Origin: an uncultured Acidobacteriota bacterium | GTDB taxonomy: Bacteria > Acidobacteriota > UBA6911 > RPQK01 > JAPXNP01 | Length of the DNA stretch: 64,000 bases | Direction of reading: 5' to 3' | NCBI GenBank assembly: GCA_963777605.1 | Contig: CAVZRV010000010.1 | Location: forward strand, 128,001 to 192,000 | In this document: positions 29,751 to 39,869 of the stretch, piece by piece | How positions within the stretch are numbered: the stretch's first letter is position 1 | How the letters are laid out: each line of letters opens with the position of its first letter | The notes under the pieces: generated by a model | What the model was told of the DNA's origin: nothing | Seen by the model: only the letters and a program-made list of their open reading frames with translations | Databases searched by the model: none | Position numbers and translations under genes: made by a program

Positions 29751-30560
29751 ATGATCAGAGAAATCAGCGAGAGGCGGAAAATCCAGAATTTCCTCCAAGG
29801 GGATCCATTCCTCCACATCTACGAGATTGGGGATCTCGACGACTTTTTTTGGCCCCTCACCCGCTGGTTCGGCTGGGAAGCAGATGGTGAACTGCAGGCC
29901 CTCTTCCTCCTCTACAGCGGAGACCCCTCCTGCCCCACGCTGCTTGCATTCGAGGAAAAGAATCTGGCAGCCTCGCGGGCATTGTTACAGGAGGTCGCCG
30001 ACATTCTCCCGTCCCCACTCCAGATCCATTTTTCCGTTCATTTACAAGACCTTATAACCTCCCTTCTAGAAACCACGGAATCTATTCAGATCATCAAAAT
30101 GGGAGTCTCCGGGCAGGAAATCAAGGAGGGACCAATCGGCTTACCCGAACCGGTCCTGCTGGGTCCGGTCGATGAACCGGAGATCCTCGAGTTCTACGAA
30201 ACCGCCTACCCCGACAACTGGTTCGACCCACGGATGCTCGCCACCGGGTGTTACCTGGGGGCGCGAATCGATCGCCGGCTGGTCGCCATAGCCGGAATTC
30301 ACGTCTACTCTCCGCACTACCGCGTAGCCGCACTCGGGAATATCGCCACCCATCCGGCGTACCGGGGACAGGGATTCGCAGCACACTTGACAAGCCGGCT
30401 CTGCCGCCGGCTCTTCCGCACGGTTGACTACATTGGCCTGAATGTTCGGGAAGACAACCTCGCCGCTCGTCGATGCTACGGCGGGCTGGGATTTCATGAC
30501 TGCTCCCGATTTGCCGTCGTGACTGCCCGGCGGGCATCCCGCCGGCCCGGGAAGGCGTAG
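29751..30560 (+). CDS. GNAT N-acetyltransferase (FR47-like C-terminal domain)
   Basis: LGNIATHPAYRGQGFA; LNVREDNLAARRCYGGLGF. Confidence 0.88.
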   Translation: MIREISERRKIQNFLQGDPFLHIYEIGDLDDFFWPLTRWFGWEADGELQALFLLYSGDPSCPTLLAFEEKNLAASRALLQEVADILPSPLQIHFSVHLQDLITSLLETTESIQIIKMGVSGQEIKEGPIGLPEPVLLGPVDEPEILEFYETAYPDNWFDPRMLATGCYLGARIDRRLVAIAGIHVYSPHYRVAALGNIATHPAYRGQGFAAHLTSRLCRRLFRTVDYIGLNVREDNLAARRCYGGLGFHDCSRFAVVTARRASRRPGKA

Positions 30561-30567
30561 AGAGTCC

Positions 30568-31587
30568 TCAGGCCGGCCTCGATCCTGACACGATGTGATG
30601 GGGGGAATTGGGAATCTCCCTGATTCCGACATCCGACAACCCGGCGGCGGAAAACATCGCCTTGTACTCCTGGAAGGTATAGGCATCCCCGGCGATTGTT
30701 GTTGCCAACATGGTTAGCGCAAATCCGGCCGCAAATGGAGGGCTGACTCGGTCCGGGTTGGGCACAAATTCGAGAGCCGCAACTAACCCACCCGGACGAA
30801 GCGCGGCGAAGCACTTTTCGAGCAACCGGGTGTTCGTAGGCGGATCGAAATGGTGCAGAAAGTTGGTCAGCAGTATCGCATCGTACGGGCCGGAAAAGTC
30901 GACTTCGAATGCATTACCCGGCTTCAAAGAATACCGATCTTCAACTCCCGCCTCGACCGCATTCGCTTGTGCAACATTCAGTACCGGTGCCCAATCCACA
31001 GCCACCACCTGGGCCTCCGGGTTCTGCCGGGCGATCTCAATCCCGAACAGACCATGACCGGCGGCGATGTCAAGCACCCGCATCGGTCCTTTCCGGCCGT
31101 TCAGGACAGCGGCTCCCAGTGGCCCGGCCATGGGAGCCATCATCGGTGCCATGTTGTGGGCGAAGTCGACCCAAATCGGATTCTCCGGCTCCACGCTTCC
31201 GAGCCCTGGAAGTACGGTGTGCCCCTGCCTAACCACTTCGTGCAGGCGTTCGAAAGGTTCGGCCATCTGGGGATTGTTCATGAATCGAATTGTCGATGCA
31301 ATGCAGGAAGGGGATCGGCGATCCAGGAATGCGGCACTGGTTGGAGAGTGCAGGTATCCATCGCCGTCCTTGAGGATCAATCCCACCAAGGACAGATAGT
31401 CGCAAAGGATTCGCATGCCTCGTTCTGTCGTTTCGCACCGCTCCGCCAGCTCACGGGCCGACGCAGGGGAGAACTCCAAGACCGAGAAGAGATCCAGTTC
31501 GACGCCTGCCCGAAGCGCAGCCGTCTGCTGAAATGCATTGATAAGCTGAAACACCAAGCCGGGGTTCGGCCCCTGAGCCGTTGACAT
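30568..31587 (-). CDS. SAM-dependent O-methyltransferase with dimerisation domain
   Basis: VLDIAAGHGLFG, AVDW, GNAFEVD, LLTNFLHHF. Confidence 0.9.
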   Translation of the reverse strand: MSTAQGPNPGLVFQLINAFQQTAALRAGVELDLFSVLEFSPASARELAERCETTERGMRILCDYLSLVGLILKDGDGYLHSPTSAAFLDRRSPSCIASTIRFMNNPQMAEPFERLHEVVRQGHTVLPGLGSVEPENPIWVDFAHNMAPMMAPMAGPLGAAVLNGRKGPMRVLDIAAGHGLFGIEIARQNPEAQVVAVDWAPVLNVAQANAVEAGVEDRYSLKPGNAFEVDFSGPYDAILLTNFLHHFDPPTNTRLLEKCFAALRPGGLVAALEFVPNPDRVSPPFAAGFALTMLATTIAGDAYTFQEYKAMFSAAGLSDVGIREIPNSPHHIVSGSRPA

Positions 31588-31715
31588 GACGGATTTCCAC
31601 CTTCCTGAGCTGGGAGATTACAAGGTGATCAATATCTTGATCTTATTGTACTCCGGCGGAAACTCAGTTCAAGCTCCACGACCAGGTTTGGAAGTTGCCG
31701 CAGCCGGATTTCGCG

Positions 31716-32102
31716 TCACGGATCCTTCGAAGCATGGAAGTGCACCAACTTCCAGTCACCATCTTTTAGAAAGTAGAGTTCAGTCCATCGACCACTTTCA
31801 CGGATGCTCTCCCCGTTCAACCGGTAGGTCCAAAGGTAGAGCGACGTGATCCAACCCATGGGTTCGGTGACTTCGATCTGGATGTTCGAGGTCGTGAACG
31901 TGACTTCACTCAGGTTCGAGAAATACTGCTGTAACGTGTTTTCGAACGTCTTGAAATCACCGAATCGGGATGGAGGGGCGGTTCCGAAAATCACTGCTTC
32001 TTCAGCAAAAACGGCCCGCATTTCTTCGAAATTGCGATTTTCCCACGCCCGGGCGTGACGTCGATGAAATTCCAGCAACGCCTCTCTCGGATTGTTCCGC
32101 AT
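31716..32102 (-). CDS. SnoaL-like / NTF2-family protein
   Basis: AWENRNFEEMRAVFAEEAVIF...GRWTELY...WKLVHFHAS; start taken as the ATG at 32102. Confidence 0.8.
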   Translation of the reverse strand: MRNNPREALLEFHRRHARAWENRNFEEMRAVFAEEAVIFGTAPPSRFGDFKTFENTLQQYFSNLSEVTFTTSNIQIEVTEPMGWITSLYLWTYRLNGESIRESGRWTELYFLKDGDWKLVHFHASKDP

Positions 32103-32187
32103 GTAGAGAAGGATAATAGCAGACGGCTCTGTCGATCCCAACGAACAGAGCCAACTCGATCTCAATCCGGGCGACCGGGAGCCGCCA

Positions 32188-33276
32188 CTAACCCATCCGG
32201 TCGATTACGCAATCGACCATTTCCCGGGTCCCGACGATGCGCGTGCCCGGTTCGGCAATATCGCCCGTTCGAATGCCGTCGGCGAGTACGTGCGAGATCG
32301 CGTCTTCAATCACCCGTCCGATGTCGTCACGATCGAGGGAGTACCGGAACAGGAGTGCCACGGAAGCAATCGTCGCCAGAGGGTTGGCCTTGTCCTGGCC
32401 GGCGATGTCTGGCGCCGAGCCGTGGACCGGTTCGTACATTCCAACTCTTCCCTCGCCTTCCACGGCCGCCCCGAGGCTTGCCGAAGGCAGCATCCCGATC
32501 GAACCGGTCAGCATCGCCGCCTCGTCGCTCAGGATGTCACCGAACATGTTGCTGGTTAACAGAACATCGAACGACTTCGGGCGAGCCACTAACTGCATCG
32601 CACAATTGTCGATCAGGATGTGGTCGAGTTTGACGTCGGCATAATCCTCGCTGACCTCATCGACGACTGCACGCCAGAGCTGGGAACTCTCGAGGACATT
32701 CGACTTGTCCACGCTCGTCAACCGCCCATCCCGCATCTGGGCGGCTTCGAACGCCACCCGGGCAATTCGCTCGACTTCGTAGTCGTGGTAGACCTCGGAG
32801 TTGAAACCTACCCGTCCGTCAGAGTGAGTCTCGATCCCCCGCGGTTCTCCAAAGTAGATTCCACCGGTCAATTCCCGAACGATCAGAATGTCCACTCCTT
32901 CGATCACCGAACGTTTCAGGGTAGAGGCCTCCACCAGCTGTTCGTAGACCTTGATCGGGCGCAAATTGGCGAAGAGCTTCAGTTCCTTGCGGAGGCCGAG
33001 CAGGGCCTTCTCCGGACGCTCGTGAGCCGGCGCCTTGTCAAAACGGGGATCGCCAACCGCCCCGAGAAGAACGATCTTTGATTCGAGGCAGGCCTCAAGG
33101 ACCTCGCGAGGAAGGGGCTCGCCGCATTCATCGATTGCGACGCCACCAACCTTGTGCTCCTCCAGATCCAGGTCAACGCCAAAACGGGAGGCGCAGGCCT
33201 CCAGAACCGCTACGGCACCCGCCGTCACCTCTTTGCCGATACCATCGCCGGGAAGCACGATCACCTTTTGCGCCAT
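32188..33276 (-). CDS. leuB: 3-isopropylmalate dehydrogenase
   Basis: LPGDGIGKEV, FANLRP, VRELTGGIYFG, NMFGDILSDEA, EPVHGSAPDIAG. Confidence 0.96.
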   Translation of the reverse strand: MAQKVIVLPGDGIGKEVTAGAVAVLEACASRFGVDLDLEEHKVGGVAIDECGEPLPREVLEACLESKIVLLGAVGDPRFDKAPAHERPEKALLGLRKELKLFANLRPIKVYEQLVEASTLKRSVIEGVDILIVRELTGGIYFGEPRGIETHSDGRVGFNSEVYHDYEVERIARVAFEAAQMRDGRLTSVDKSNVLESSQLWRAVVDEVSEDYADVKLDHILIDNCAMQLVARPKSFDVLLTSNMFGDILSDEAAMLTGSIGMLPSASLGAAVEGEGRVGMYEPVHGSAPDIAGQDKANPLATIASVALLFRYSLDRDDIGRVIEDAISHVLADGIRTGDIAEPGTRIVGTREMVDCVIDRMG

Positions 33277-33361
33277 TGAGTCAGATCCTCCGAGAAATAC
33301 AGTTACCCAGGCCAGCCGCTCTACCCAACTGCCGGAAAACCAAAAGGCTACTCGAAAGTGC

Positions 33362-34453
33362 CTACGGCTGCAATTCGACGATCGGCTCGCCACCCAGGTT
33401 CAAGGTGGAAACCTGGGCCGCCAGCGCCTTCGCCATGTCATTGAAGGCTTGAGCCGCACTGCTTTCCGGCTGATCGAGCACGATCGGACGTCCGCTGTCG
33501 CCCCCGACCCGAATACCGAGTTCCAGTGGGATTCGACCCAGGAACGGCACCCGGTACTTCTCCGCGGTTCGTTCTCCCCCTCCATGGCTGAAAATGTCGG
33601 TCCGCTCGGAACAATGCGGGCAGATAAAGTAGCTCATGTTCTCAACGATACCGAGCACATTTACCTGCACCTGCTTGAACATCATGATCCCCTTGCGGGC
33701 GTCCGACAGGGCGACGTCCTGCGGTGTCGTGACCACCAACCCGCCCGTCAGCGGAACCGATTGAACCATCGTCAACTGAACGTCACCAGTGCCGGGTGGC
33801 AGGTCGGCAATCAGATAATCGAGCGTCCCCCACTTGACCTGGTACAGGAACTGCTGAATGACGTTGTGCAGCATTGGCCCGCGCCAAATCAGCGGGGTGT
33901 CGTCTTCGGCCAGGACGCCCATCGACATAACTTTGAGTCCGTGGGCTTCCATCGGCAGAAGCATCTTTCCTTCCGCCATCGGCTGCCCCTTCAAACCCAG
34001 CATGATCGGGATGTTGGGCCCGTAGACATCGCAGTCGAGAAGCCCGACTCGCGCACCAAGTGAGGCGAGGGCGCAAGCCAGGTTGACCGACACCGTTGAC
34101 TTGCCAACGCCTCCCTTGCCGCTGGTCACGGCAATGATGTTGGAGACCCCGTCAACGGCCCGCTTGGTTTCCTGGACCCGCTGCTTCGGGACGGCGGCAT
34201 CCATGGTCACATCGACCCGGCCCACACCCGGGATACCTTCCACGGCAGAACGGGCCTGTCCTTCCAGTTGATCGCGAACCGGGCAGGCCGGTGTCGTCAG
34301 CACGAAACGAAACGCCACATCGCTCCCCTTGATCGTCAAGTCCCGGATCATTCCCAGGGAAACAATGTCTTTCTTGAGATCCGGATCAAGGACTGTTCTG
34401 AGGGCATCCAAGACCCGGGCTTCGGTTATCCCGTCGACAGGAGGAAGACTCAT
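33362..34453 (-). CDS. apbC: Mrp/NBP35 (ApbC) Fe-S cluster carrier ATPase
   Basis: N-terminal LTTPACP domain; SGKGGVGKST; WRGPM; DLPPGTGD; ENMSYFICPHC. Confidence 0.93.
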   Translation of the reverse strand: MSLPPVDGITEARVLDALRTVLDPDLKKDIVSLGMIRDLTIKGSDVAFRFVLTTPACPVRDQLEGQARSAVEGIPGVGRVDVTMDAAVPKQRVQETKRAVDGVSNIIAVTSGKGGVGKSTVSVNLACALASLGARVGLLDCDVYGPNIPIMLGLKGQPMAEGKMLLPMEAHGLKVMSMGVLAEDDTPLIWRGPMLHNVIQQFLYQVKWGTLDYLIADLPPGTGDVQLTMVQSVPLTGGLVVTTPQDVALSDARKGIMMFKQVQVNVLGIVENMSYFICPHCSERTDIFSHGGGERTAEKYRVPFLGRIPLELGIRVGGDSGRPIVLDQPESSAAQAFNDMAKALAAQVSTLNLGGEPIVELQP

Positions 34454-34628
34454 TCTTAATCCACCTTTGCTGGAGTAAACAACTATCGTCAGACTCGAGT
34501 CAGCCCGGAGTTCTGAGATCCCGGCACCCGAGAACCTCCAGATTACCAATTAAATCCGTTTCAGGGTACGAGGCCGTCCGCAGGCCACGTTCAGATGGGC
34601 TTGGAACGGGATCAGGCAAGCGCCCGCA

Positions 34629-34637
34629 TGCTATACT
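34629..34637 (+). promoter_or_regulatory. Extended -10 promoter for apgM
   Basis: TGCTATACT ~85 nt upstream of the start. Confidence 0.45.
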
Positions 34638-34721
34638 TCGAGCTGTCAGTTGGGGCAATTTTCACCGCGTTTGAGTTCATCGGGAATGTCATCCTGGTGA
34701 TTCTGGAGAGGAGCAAATCAC

Positions 34722-35933
34722 GTGAGCAGCTATCCTGGCCTCATCGAAAGTCTAGCGACTGAGAACAATTCCAAGATCGTGTTTTTTATCATGGATGGCC
34801 TCGGCGGTCTTCAGATTGACGAGAGCGGTCTGACGGAACTTCAGACAGCACGGACGCCGAACCTTGACGGTCTCGCGGCGAAGTCCTCCTGCGGCCTCAT
34901 CCTTCCAATCACATATGGTGTTACCACGGGAAGCGGTCCCGGCCACTTTGCTCTTTTCGGATATGACCCGGTTGAGAACAATGTCGGCCGGGGAGTCCTC
35001 GAAGCCGCCGGAATCGGTTTCGACCTCACCGACCGCGACGTGGCGGTGCGGGGGAATTTCGCCACCGTCGACGGCGACGGAAACATCACCGACAGGCGGG
35101 CCGGCAGATTGCCGACCGAAGAGAACCGCCGCATCTGCCAGAGGATGCAGGACGGAATCAAGATTCCCGGAGTGGAACTCTTTGTCCAAACCGTCAAAGA
35201 ACACCGTCTTCTGGTCGTTTTTCGCGGAAACGGACTGAATGGCGATATCGCAGACACCGATCCTCAAACTACGGGTGTACCTCCGCTTGCGCCCCAGGCC
35301 ACTTCGCCGGATGCCGATAAGACCGTCGAAATTGTTAAGGAGTTCGTCAACCAGGCCGCCCGCCTGCTCTCCGATGAAAAGCAGGCCAACATGGTGACCC
35401 TGCGGGGATTCGCCAAGCACAAGCCGTACGCAAGCCTTGAAGAGCGTTTCAAGCTGCGATCTCTCTGCCTGGCGAACTACCCAATGTACCGAGGTGTGTC
35501 GTTGCTGATCGGAATGGACATCCATCCCGTCCTCCCCGACTTCCCTTCTCAGATCGACGACATGAAGAGAGCCTGGAACGACTACGACTTCTTCTTCATC
35601 CACGCAAAAACGACCGACAAGACCGGGGAGGATGGAGACTTCAAGGCCAAGGTTGCCGCCATCGAAGAACTGGATAAATACGTGCCGCGGGTCCTGGAAC
35701 TGAACCCGGACGTTCTCGTGATCACCGGTGACCATTCCACTCCGGCCGCCTTGCGCAGCCACAGCTGGCACCCGGTTCCGGTATTGCTCCACTCGCGCTA
35801 CGCGCGGCGGGGTCTGGCCGAACAGTTTAACGAGGTTGCCTGTCTCAGCGGCGCCCTCGGTCAGCTTCCCGCCAAGGAATTAATGCCGCTGGCACTCGCG
35901 CACGCCGAGCGTTTGAAGAAGTTCGGAGCCTGA
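34722..35933 (+). CDS. apgM: 2,3-bisphosphoglycerate-independent phosphoglycerate mutase (archaeal type)
   Basis: IMDGLGG, TPNLD, GSGPGHFALFGYDP, DRRAGR, ITGDHSTP, HSWHPVP. Confidence 0.92.
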   Translation: MSSYPGLIESLATENNSKIVFFIMDGLGGLQIDESGLTELQTARTPNLDGLAAKSSCGLILPITYGVTTGSGPGHFALFGYDPVENNVGRGVLEAAGIGFDLTDRDVAVRGNFATVDGDGNITDRRAGRLPTEENRRICQRMQDGIKIPGVELFVQTVKEHRLLVVFRGNGLNGDIADTDPQTTGVPPLAPQATSPDADKTVEIVKEFVNQAARLLSDEKQANMVTLRGFAKHKPYASLEERFKLRSLCLANYPMYRGVSLLIGMDIHPVLPDFPSQIDDMKRAWNDYDFFFIHAKTTDKTGEDGDFKAKVAAIEELDKYVPRVLELNPDVLVITGDHSTPAALRSHSWHPVPVLLHSRYARRGLAEQFNEVACLSGALGQLPAKELMPLALAHAERLKKFGA

Positions 35934-35946
35934 TGGGAACGGGCCA

Positions 35947-36780
35947 CTAGCGCTTGAAGACAACGTTCAGCTTCAGTTCAGCCTCCGCGAGTTCGTTCTC
36001 TGAGATTGCCGGAAGGAAAACCCAGGAATTCTGTACGGTCTGGAGGGCGATCTGGTCGAGCTTATCCTCGATCCCCTCGAGCAGGTGGACATCGCGAAGG
36101 CCACCTGCTTTAGTGATCGTAGCCTGCACCCGCACGACCACGGGATCACGCAGTTGCTGTGCCGATGACGGGAGGCGGGGCTGCGGAGTCGCCAGAGCGA
36201 CCGGAGGCACGACTTTCACTTCCGGGAAAAAGGACTCGAACTCGGCGGACTCGGCAGTCCCATCAAAGACCAGGCTCCCGTAGCCTCTCATGAATCCCGC
36301 GGCCTCGATGGCACTCTTTCGATCCTTCCTGGCGAGGTCGATCTGCCCAATGCGGGATGCCATCAGCTCGAAATCACGTGCATTCATCGGTTCCAGCTCG
36401 AGGATGCGGCCACCCACCGAGATCAGGACCCTGGCAATCGGACTCTTGGCGTCAAACTTCCCGGCAATGACGTAGCCTTCGAACTGTGCGGGCCTGATCA
36501 GCTTGGTGACTTCGAAGATGTGAGTGGGATCGGGCGGGTTTTCGAGACGAAAGAGGTGACCTCGGAAGACTGTGCCGGCGTCGTCGAGCAGCACGATGTT
36601 GTAAGCAGCCAGAATCTCGAAACTGTCACCAAGGTTGATGTAATTGAGAACAATGCTCGAATCGTCCGCGGTTTCAACCGTGACAATGCGTTGATCTGAG
36701 AGATAGAGGAACTGTCCGGGTTCGGCGGCAACCCACCGGGCGGCCAGTGACAAAATTGAAATCCAGAGGGCAAATCTCAT
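35947..36780 (-). CDS. Exported protein with a C-terminal TonB-like domain
   Basis: Signal peptide; VVVRVQATITKAGGLRDVHLLEG...LDQIALQTVQNSWVFLPA. Confidence 0.7.
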   Translation of the reverse strand: MRFALWISILSLAARWVAAEPGQFLYLSDQRIVTVETADDSSIVLNYINLGDSFEILAAYNIVLLDDAGTVFRGHLFRLENPPDPTHIFEVTKLIRPAQFEGYVIAGKFDAKSPIARVLISVGGRILELEPMNARDFELMASRIGQIDLARKDRKSAIEAAGFMRGYGSLVFDGTAESAEFESFFPEVKVVPPVALATPQPRLPSSAQQLRDPVVVRVQATITKAGGLRDVHLLEGIEDKLDQIALQTVQNSWVFLPAISENELAEAELKLNVVFKR

Positions 36781-36917
36781 AACTCGCTCGTACAAGAAGA
36801 TTCTACCTCAACCCGTTGGCACCCAGGTTCTGGTCACCCAGGCGGATCTCCGTCAATCTGCAACCTTGAACCCTGCAACGAGATCTTACGTCTTAAGAGC
36901 AGAACGGTAAGGTATTT

Positions 36918-38819
36918 ATGTCAATGATCCGGTACAGTGTTTCCTGGGTGGCCGTCCTGATCGCGGTGGTAGTCTCCGCGGCCGGGGCCCCCGCCCAGAC
37001 ATCCCAGGATTACCGCTTTCCGTATCAGCCCGGCGACAGCCTCGTCGTTCAGAATGATTTCGGCCGGGTCCGCATCGAAGCCTGGGAGCAGCCGGAAGTC
37101 CAAATCACGGTTCGGGCCTTCGCCAACGAGGAGTCCCGAATCCGGAACGTCAGCGTCAACTGCCAGAAGGTCTCCACTCGAATCTTCGCCCAGGCATACT
37201 TTTACGACTACTCCGCCGAATCGGTATATATCGACGTTCGCGCTCCCAACACTCTCGATCTCGTCATCTGGGGTGCAAATCCCGCGGTTGAGATCACCGG
37301 TATGAGTGGGTGGGCACGGGCGCACACGATGACGGGTTTCATCTCCGCCCGCGATCTTACCGGCTCGAGCTCCCTGCTGACCGAGAGCGGAGACATCTCG
37401 TTCAACCAGAGTGTCCAGCCGGTCGCCGACATACGCCTCGAGTCGATCCAGGGCAATGTCGTTTGCCACCTGGCAGAAGGACTCAATCTTCGCGGCTGGC
37501 TGAGAGCGGGGCGAAAGGCATCCTGGAACGGCGAAATGGAGCTGCTGCAAGGCGCGCTGGAGCGCCAACTTGGCGTCGGAGGACCAGTTTTCCTGGCTGC
37601 CAGCTCGGAGGGTAACGTCCTGGTCCGAATCGACGCGGCAAGTGCTGCTTCGACTCCGCCCGCGACGGCTCCACCGACAAGGTCTGCTTCGGAGGTCCGT
37701 TCCGATAACAGCACTAAGGCGCCGGTTCGGTACGAACCCCCAGCCGGGCAGACGCAAGAGCCCTCCCGGAGCGACAACGCCTATCCCGACTACGCCCCGC
37801 CACCCGCGACGACGCACCCCCCCAACCTGGGCACGGTGGACACAGCCGGGACCTACTCCCTCAAGGTCGCCGTGGACTGGGTCTATGTCCACGCATCCGT
37901 CCGGGACCGGTACAACAATCGGGCCGTCCCTGACCTGACGCGCGGCGATTTCGAGGTCCTGGAAGACGGCCGGCACCAGGAGATCGAGCAGTTCGATTCG
38001 ACCGAGGCCCCGTTCTCCCTGCTGCTCCTCCTCGATGTCAGCGGAAGCACCAAGTCCTATCTCCGGATGATCCAGGAGGCTTCAATCCAGTTCACCCAAT
38101 TGATTAAGCCCTCCGACCGGATTGCCGTGGCCAGCTTCAATTCGCGCACCCGTCTTCACCAGGAGTTCACTAACGACCGCCAGCAGGTAGCCCAGGCCAT
38201 ACACCAGCTTCGATCGGGCGGGGGTACCGCCTTCTACGATGCACTTGACGAGTCGATAAGCCGGTACATGGACGGTGTGGAAGGGCGTAAAGCGATCGTG
38301 GTCTTTACAGATGGAGTCGACAATCGGCTCACGGGAGACTTCTCGGAAGGTTCAGCGATCGGGTTCCAGGACTTGTACCGGGAGATCCAGGAGGAAGACA
38401 CCCTGATCTACACGATCTTTCTCGATACGGAAGGGACCGCCGGAAATATGCCCTCTCCCCGGCGACGCAACTCGATCGGGGGAATACTGGGCGACATCAT
38501 TCTCGGCCCGGGCGGTAGCGGCGGTGGGATGGGCATTCCCGGCGGATCGGGTTCGGCCTACGAGGAGGCTCGCCGCGAGCTGGAAGAAATCGCAGAACAG
38601 ACCGGGGGACGAATGTACGCGCCCCGCTCGATTAACGATCTAGGAACGGTCTATCAGGAGGTTGCAAACGACCTCAGGGTTCAATACACCCTTGGCTATC
38701 ACTCCCAAGGTTCCCCAACTGCCGACCGATGGCACAAAATCGAAGTCCGCGTCACTGGGCACCCGGACCTTTCTGTTCGGGCTCGTCGGGGCTACTATGT
38801 CGGGCACAGCCGCCCATAG
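36918..38819 (+). CDS. Adhesin-like (DUF4097-type) beta-repeat region plus VWA domain (acidobacterial VWFA-related)
   Basis: N-terminal xxGxI/V beta repeats; Pro-rich linker; MIDAS LLLDVSGS, GTAFYDA, VFTDGVD, TGG, QYTLGY. Confidence 0.85.
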   Translation: MSMIRYSVSWVAVLIAVVVSAAGAPAQTSQDYRFPYQPGDSLVVQNDFGRVRIEAWEQPEVQITVRAFANEESRIRNVSVNCQKVSTRIFAQAYFYDYSAESVYIDVRAPNTLDLVIWGANPAVEITGMSGWARAHTMTGFISARDLTGSSSLLTESGDISFNQSVQPVADIRLESIQGNVVCHLAEGLNLRGWLRAGRKASWNGEMELLQGALERQLGVGGPVFLAASSEGNVLVRIDAASAASTPPATAPPTRSASEVRSDNSTKAPVRYEPPAGQTQEPSRSDNAYPDYAPPPATTHPPNLGTVDTAGTYSLKVAVDWVYVHASVRDRYNNRAVPDLTRGDFEVLEDGRHQEIEQFDSTEAPFSLLLLLDVSGSTKSYLRMIQEASIQFTQLIKPSDRIAVASFNSRTRLHQEFTNDRQQVAQAIHQLRSGGGTAFYDALDESISRYMDGVEGRKAIVVFTDGVDNRLTGDFSEGSAIGFQDLYREIQEEDTLIYTIFLDTEGTAGNMPSPRRRNSIGGILGDIILGPGGSGGGMGIPGGSGSAYEEARRELEEIAEQTGGRMYAPRSINDLGTVYQEVANDLRVQYTLGYHSQGSPTADRWHKIEVRVTGHPDLSVRARRGYYVGHSRP

Positions 38820-38846
38820 CTCCCGCCGGCTCCGGAGGATAACGAT

Positions 38847-39785
38847 ATGACGAGCAACAGCGACGATCTGAAACGATTCAAAGACCCGCTTTTGGCGGAC
38901 CTCGACCAGTTCAAAGCGGACCGCCAGCGATCCCGCCCGAAACAGGCCACAGAGAAACAGCCGACTCGCGGCAACGGGGTTTTCATCCTCGGACTGCTTC
39001 TCCTGGTTTCCCTGGGTATCCTGGGTTACTACCTCTATCAGGCGCAAGCCAGGATCGAGAATCTTTCGAATGATCTATCGACCAACCAGGAACAGCTCGA
39101 AACGGTGAGTTCCAACCTGGAACAGTCGCGAAACCAAATCGAGACGCTGAACGACGGTCTCAACGACAGCAAGCAGCAGCTTCAATCCCAGCACGGTGAA
39201 CTGAACCGCTACAAGGGCCTCTACCAGAACATGAAGTCCGAGCAGGAGGTACAGACACGGGAACTTCAGGCGATCAACGTCCAGAAGGCAAACCAGTCTG
39301 AGGTCAACGATCTGAAAGGACAGACATCCGCCCTCGAACAGAAACTGGACGAAACGGGCACCCAGGTGGCAGCAGTCAAGGGGGACGTCTCCAGGCTGGA
39401 TTCCCGGACCCAGGAGCATCAGGTATCGATCTCCAAGAACCGGGAAGAAATCGCCGGCGTCAGCAGGGCTGCCAACCAGAACGCCACCGACATCGGGGAT
39501 ATTCGGCGATCCCTGGAGCGGGAGTACTACAACTTCGAACTCCAGGAAGGAAGCGGCTACATGAAGGTGTTCGACATCGCGCTGAGTCTCAAGGACACCG
39601 ACGCAACCAGGCGCCAGTTTGACATTTATGTCATGGCCGACAACAAGGTCATCCGCAAGAAAGACCAGCCGATCAACGAGCCGATCCTGTTCTACCTCGA
39701 GGGAAAAACGAAGCCCTACGAGGTCGTGGTCACCCGTGTGGACAAGAAGATGGTTGTGGGCTACCTGAGCGTTCCCAAGAGTTGA
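38847..39785 (+). CDS. Membrane-anchored coiled-coil protein with a C-terminal beta domain
   Basis: Single TM helix, ~170-aa heptad region, C-terminal INEPILFY...GYLSVPK. Confidence 0.75.
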   Translation: MTSNSDDLKRFKDPLLADLDQFKADRQRSRPKQATEKQPTRGNGVFILGLLLLVSLGILGYYLYQAQARIENLSNDLSTNQEQLETVSSNLEQSRNQIETLNDGLNDSKQQLQSQHGELNRYKGLYQNMKSEQEVQTRELQAINVQKANQSEVNDLKGQTSALEQKLDETGTQVAAVKGDVSRLDSRTQEHQVSISKNREEIAGVSRAANQNATDIGDIRRSLEREYYNFELQEGSGYMKVFDIALSLKDTDATRRQFDIYVMADNKVIRKKDQPINEPILFYLEGKTKPYEVVVTRVDKKMVVGYLSVPKS

Positions 39786-39793
39786 TCTGCAAA

Positions 39794-39822
39794 TTGACAA
39801 GCCCAGTCAGCCTATCTATTCT
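39794..39822 (+). promoter_or_regulatory. Sigma-70 promoter for gcvT-gcvH
   Basis: TTGACA-N17-TATTCT. Confidence 0.7.
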
Positions 39823-39869
39823 TCGACTGCGGGAAAACCACTCGAAACGCAGTGAAAGAAGGACCAGAT

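Noticed and set aside
39823-39869. Glycine riboswitch upstream of gcvT
   Set aside because: Only ~47 nt lie between the -10 box and the start codon, too short for the aptamer.
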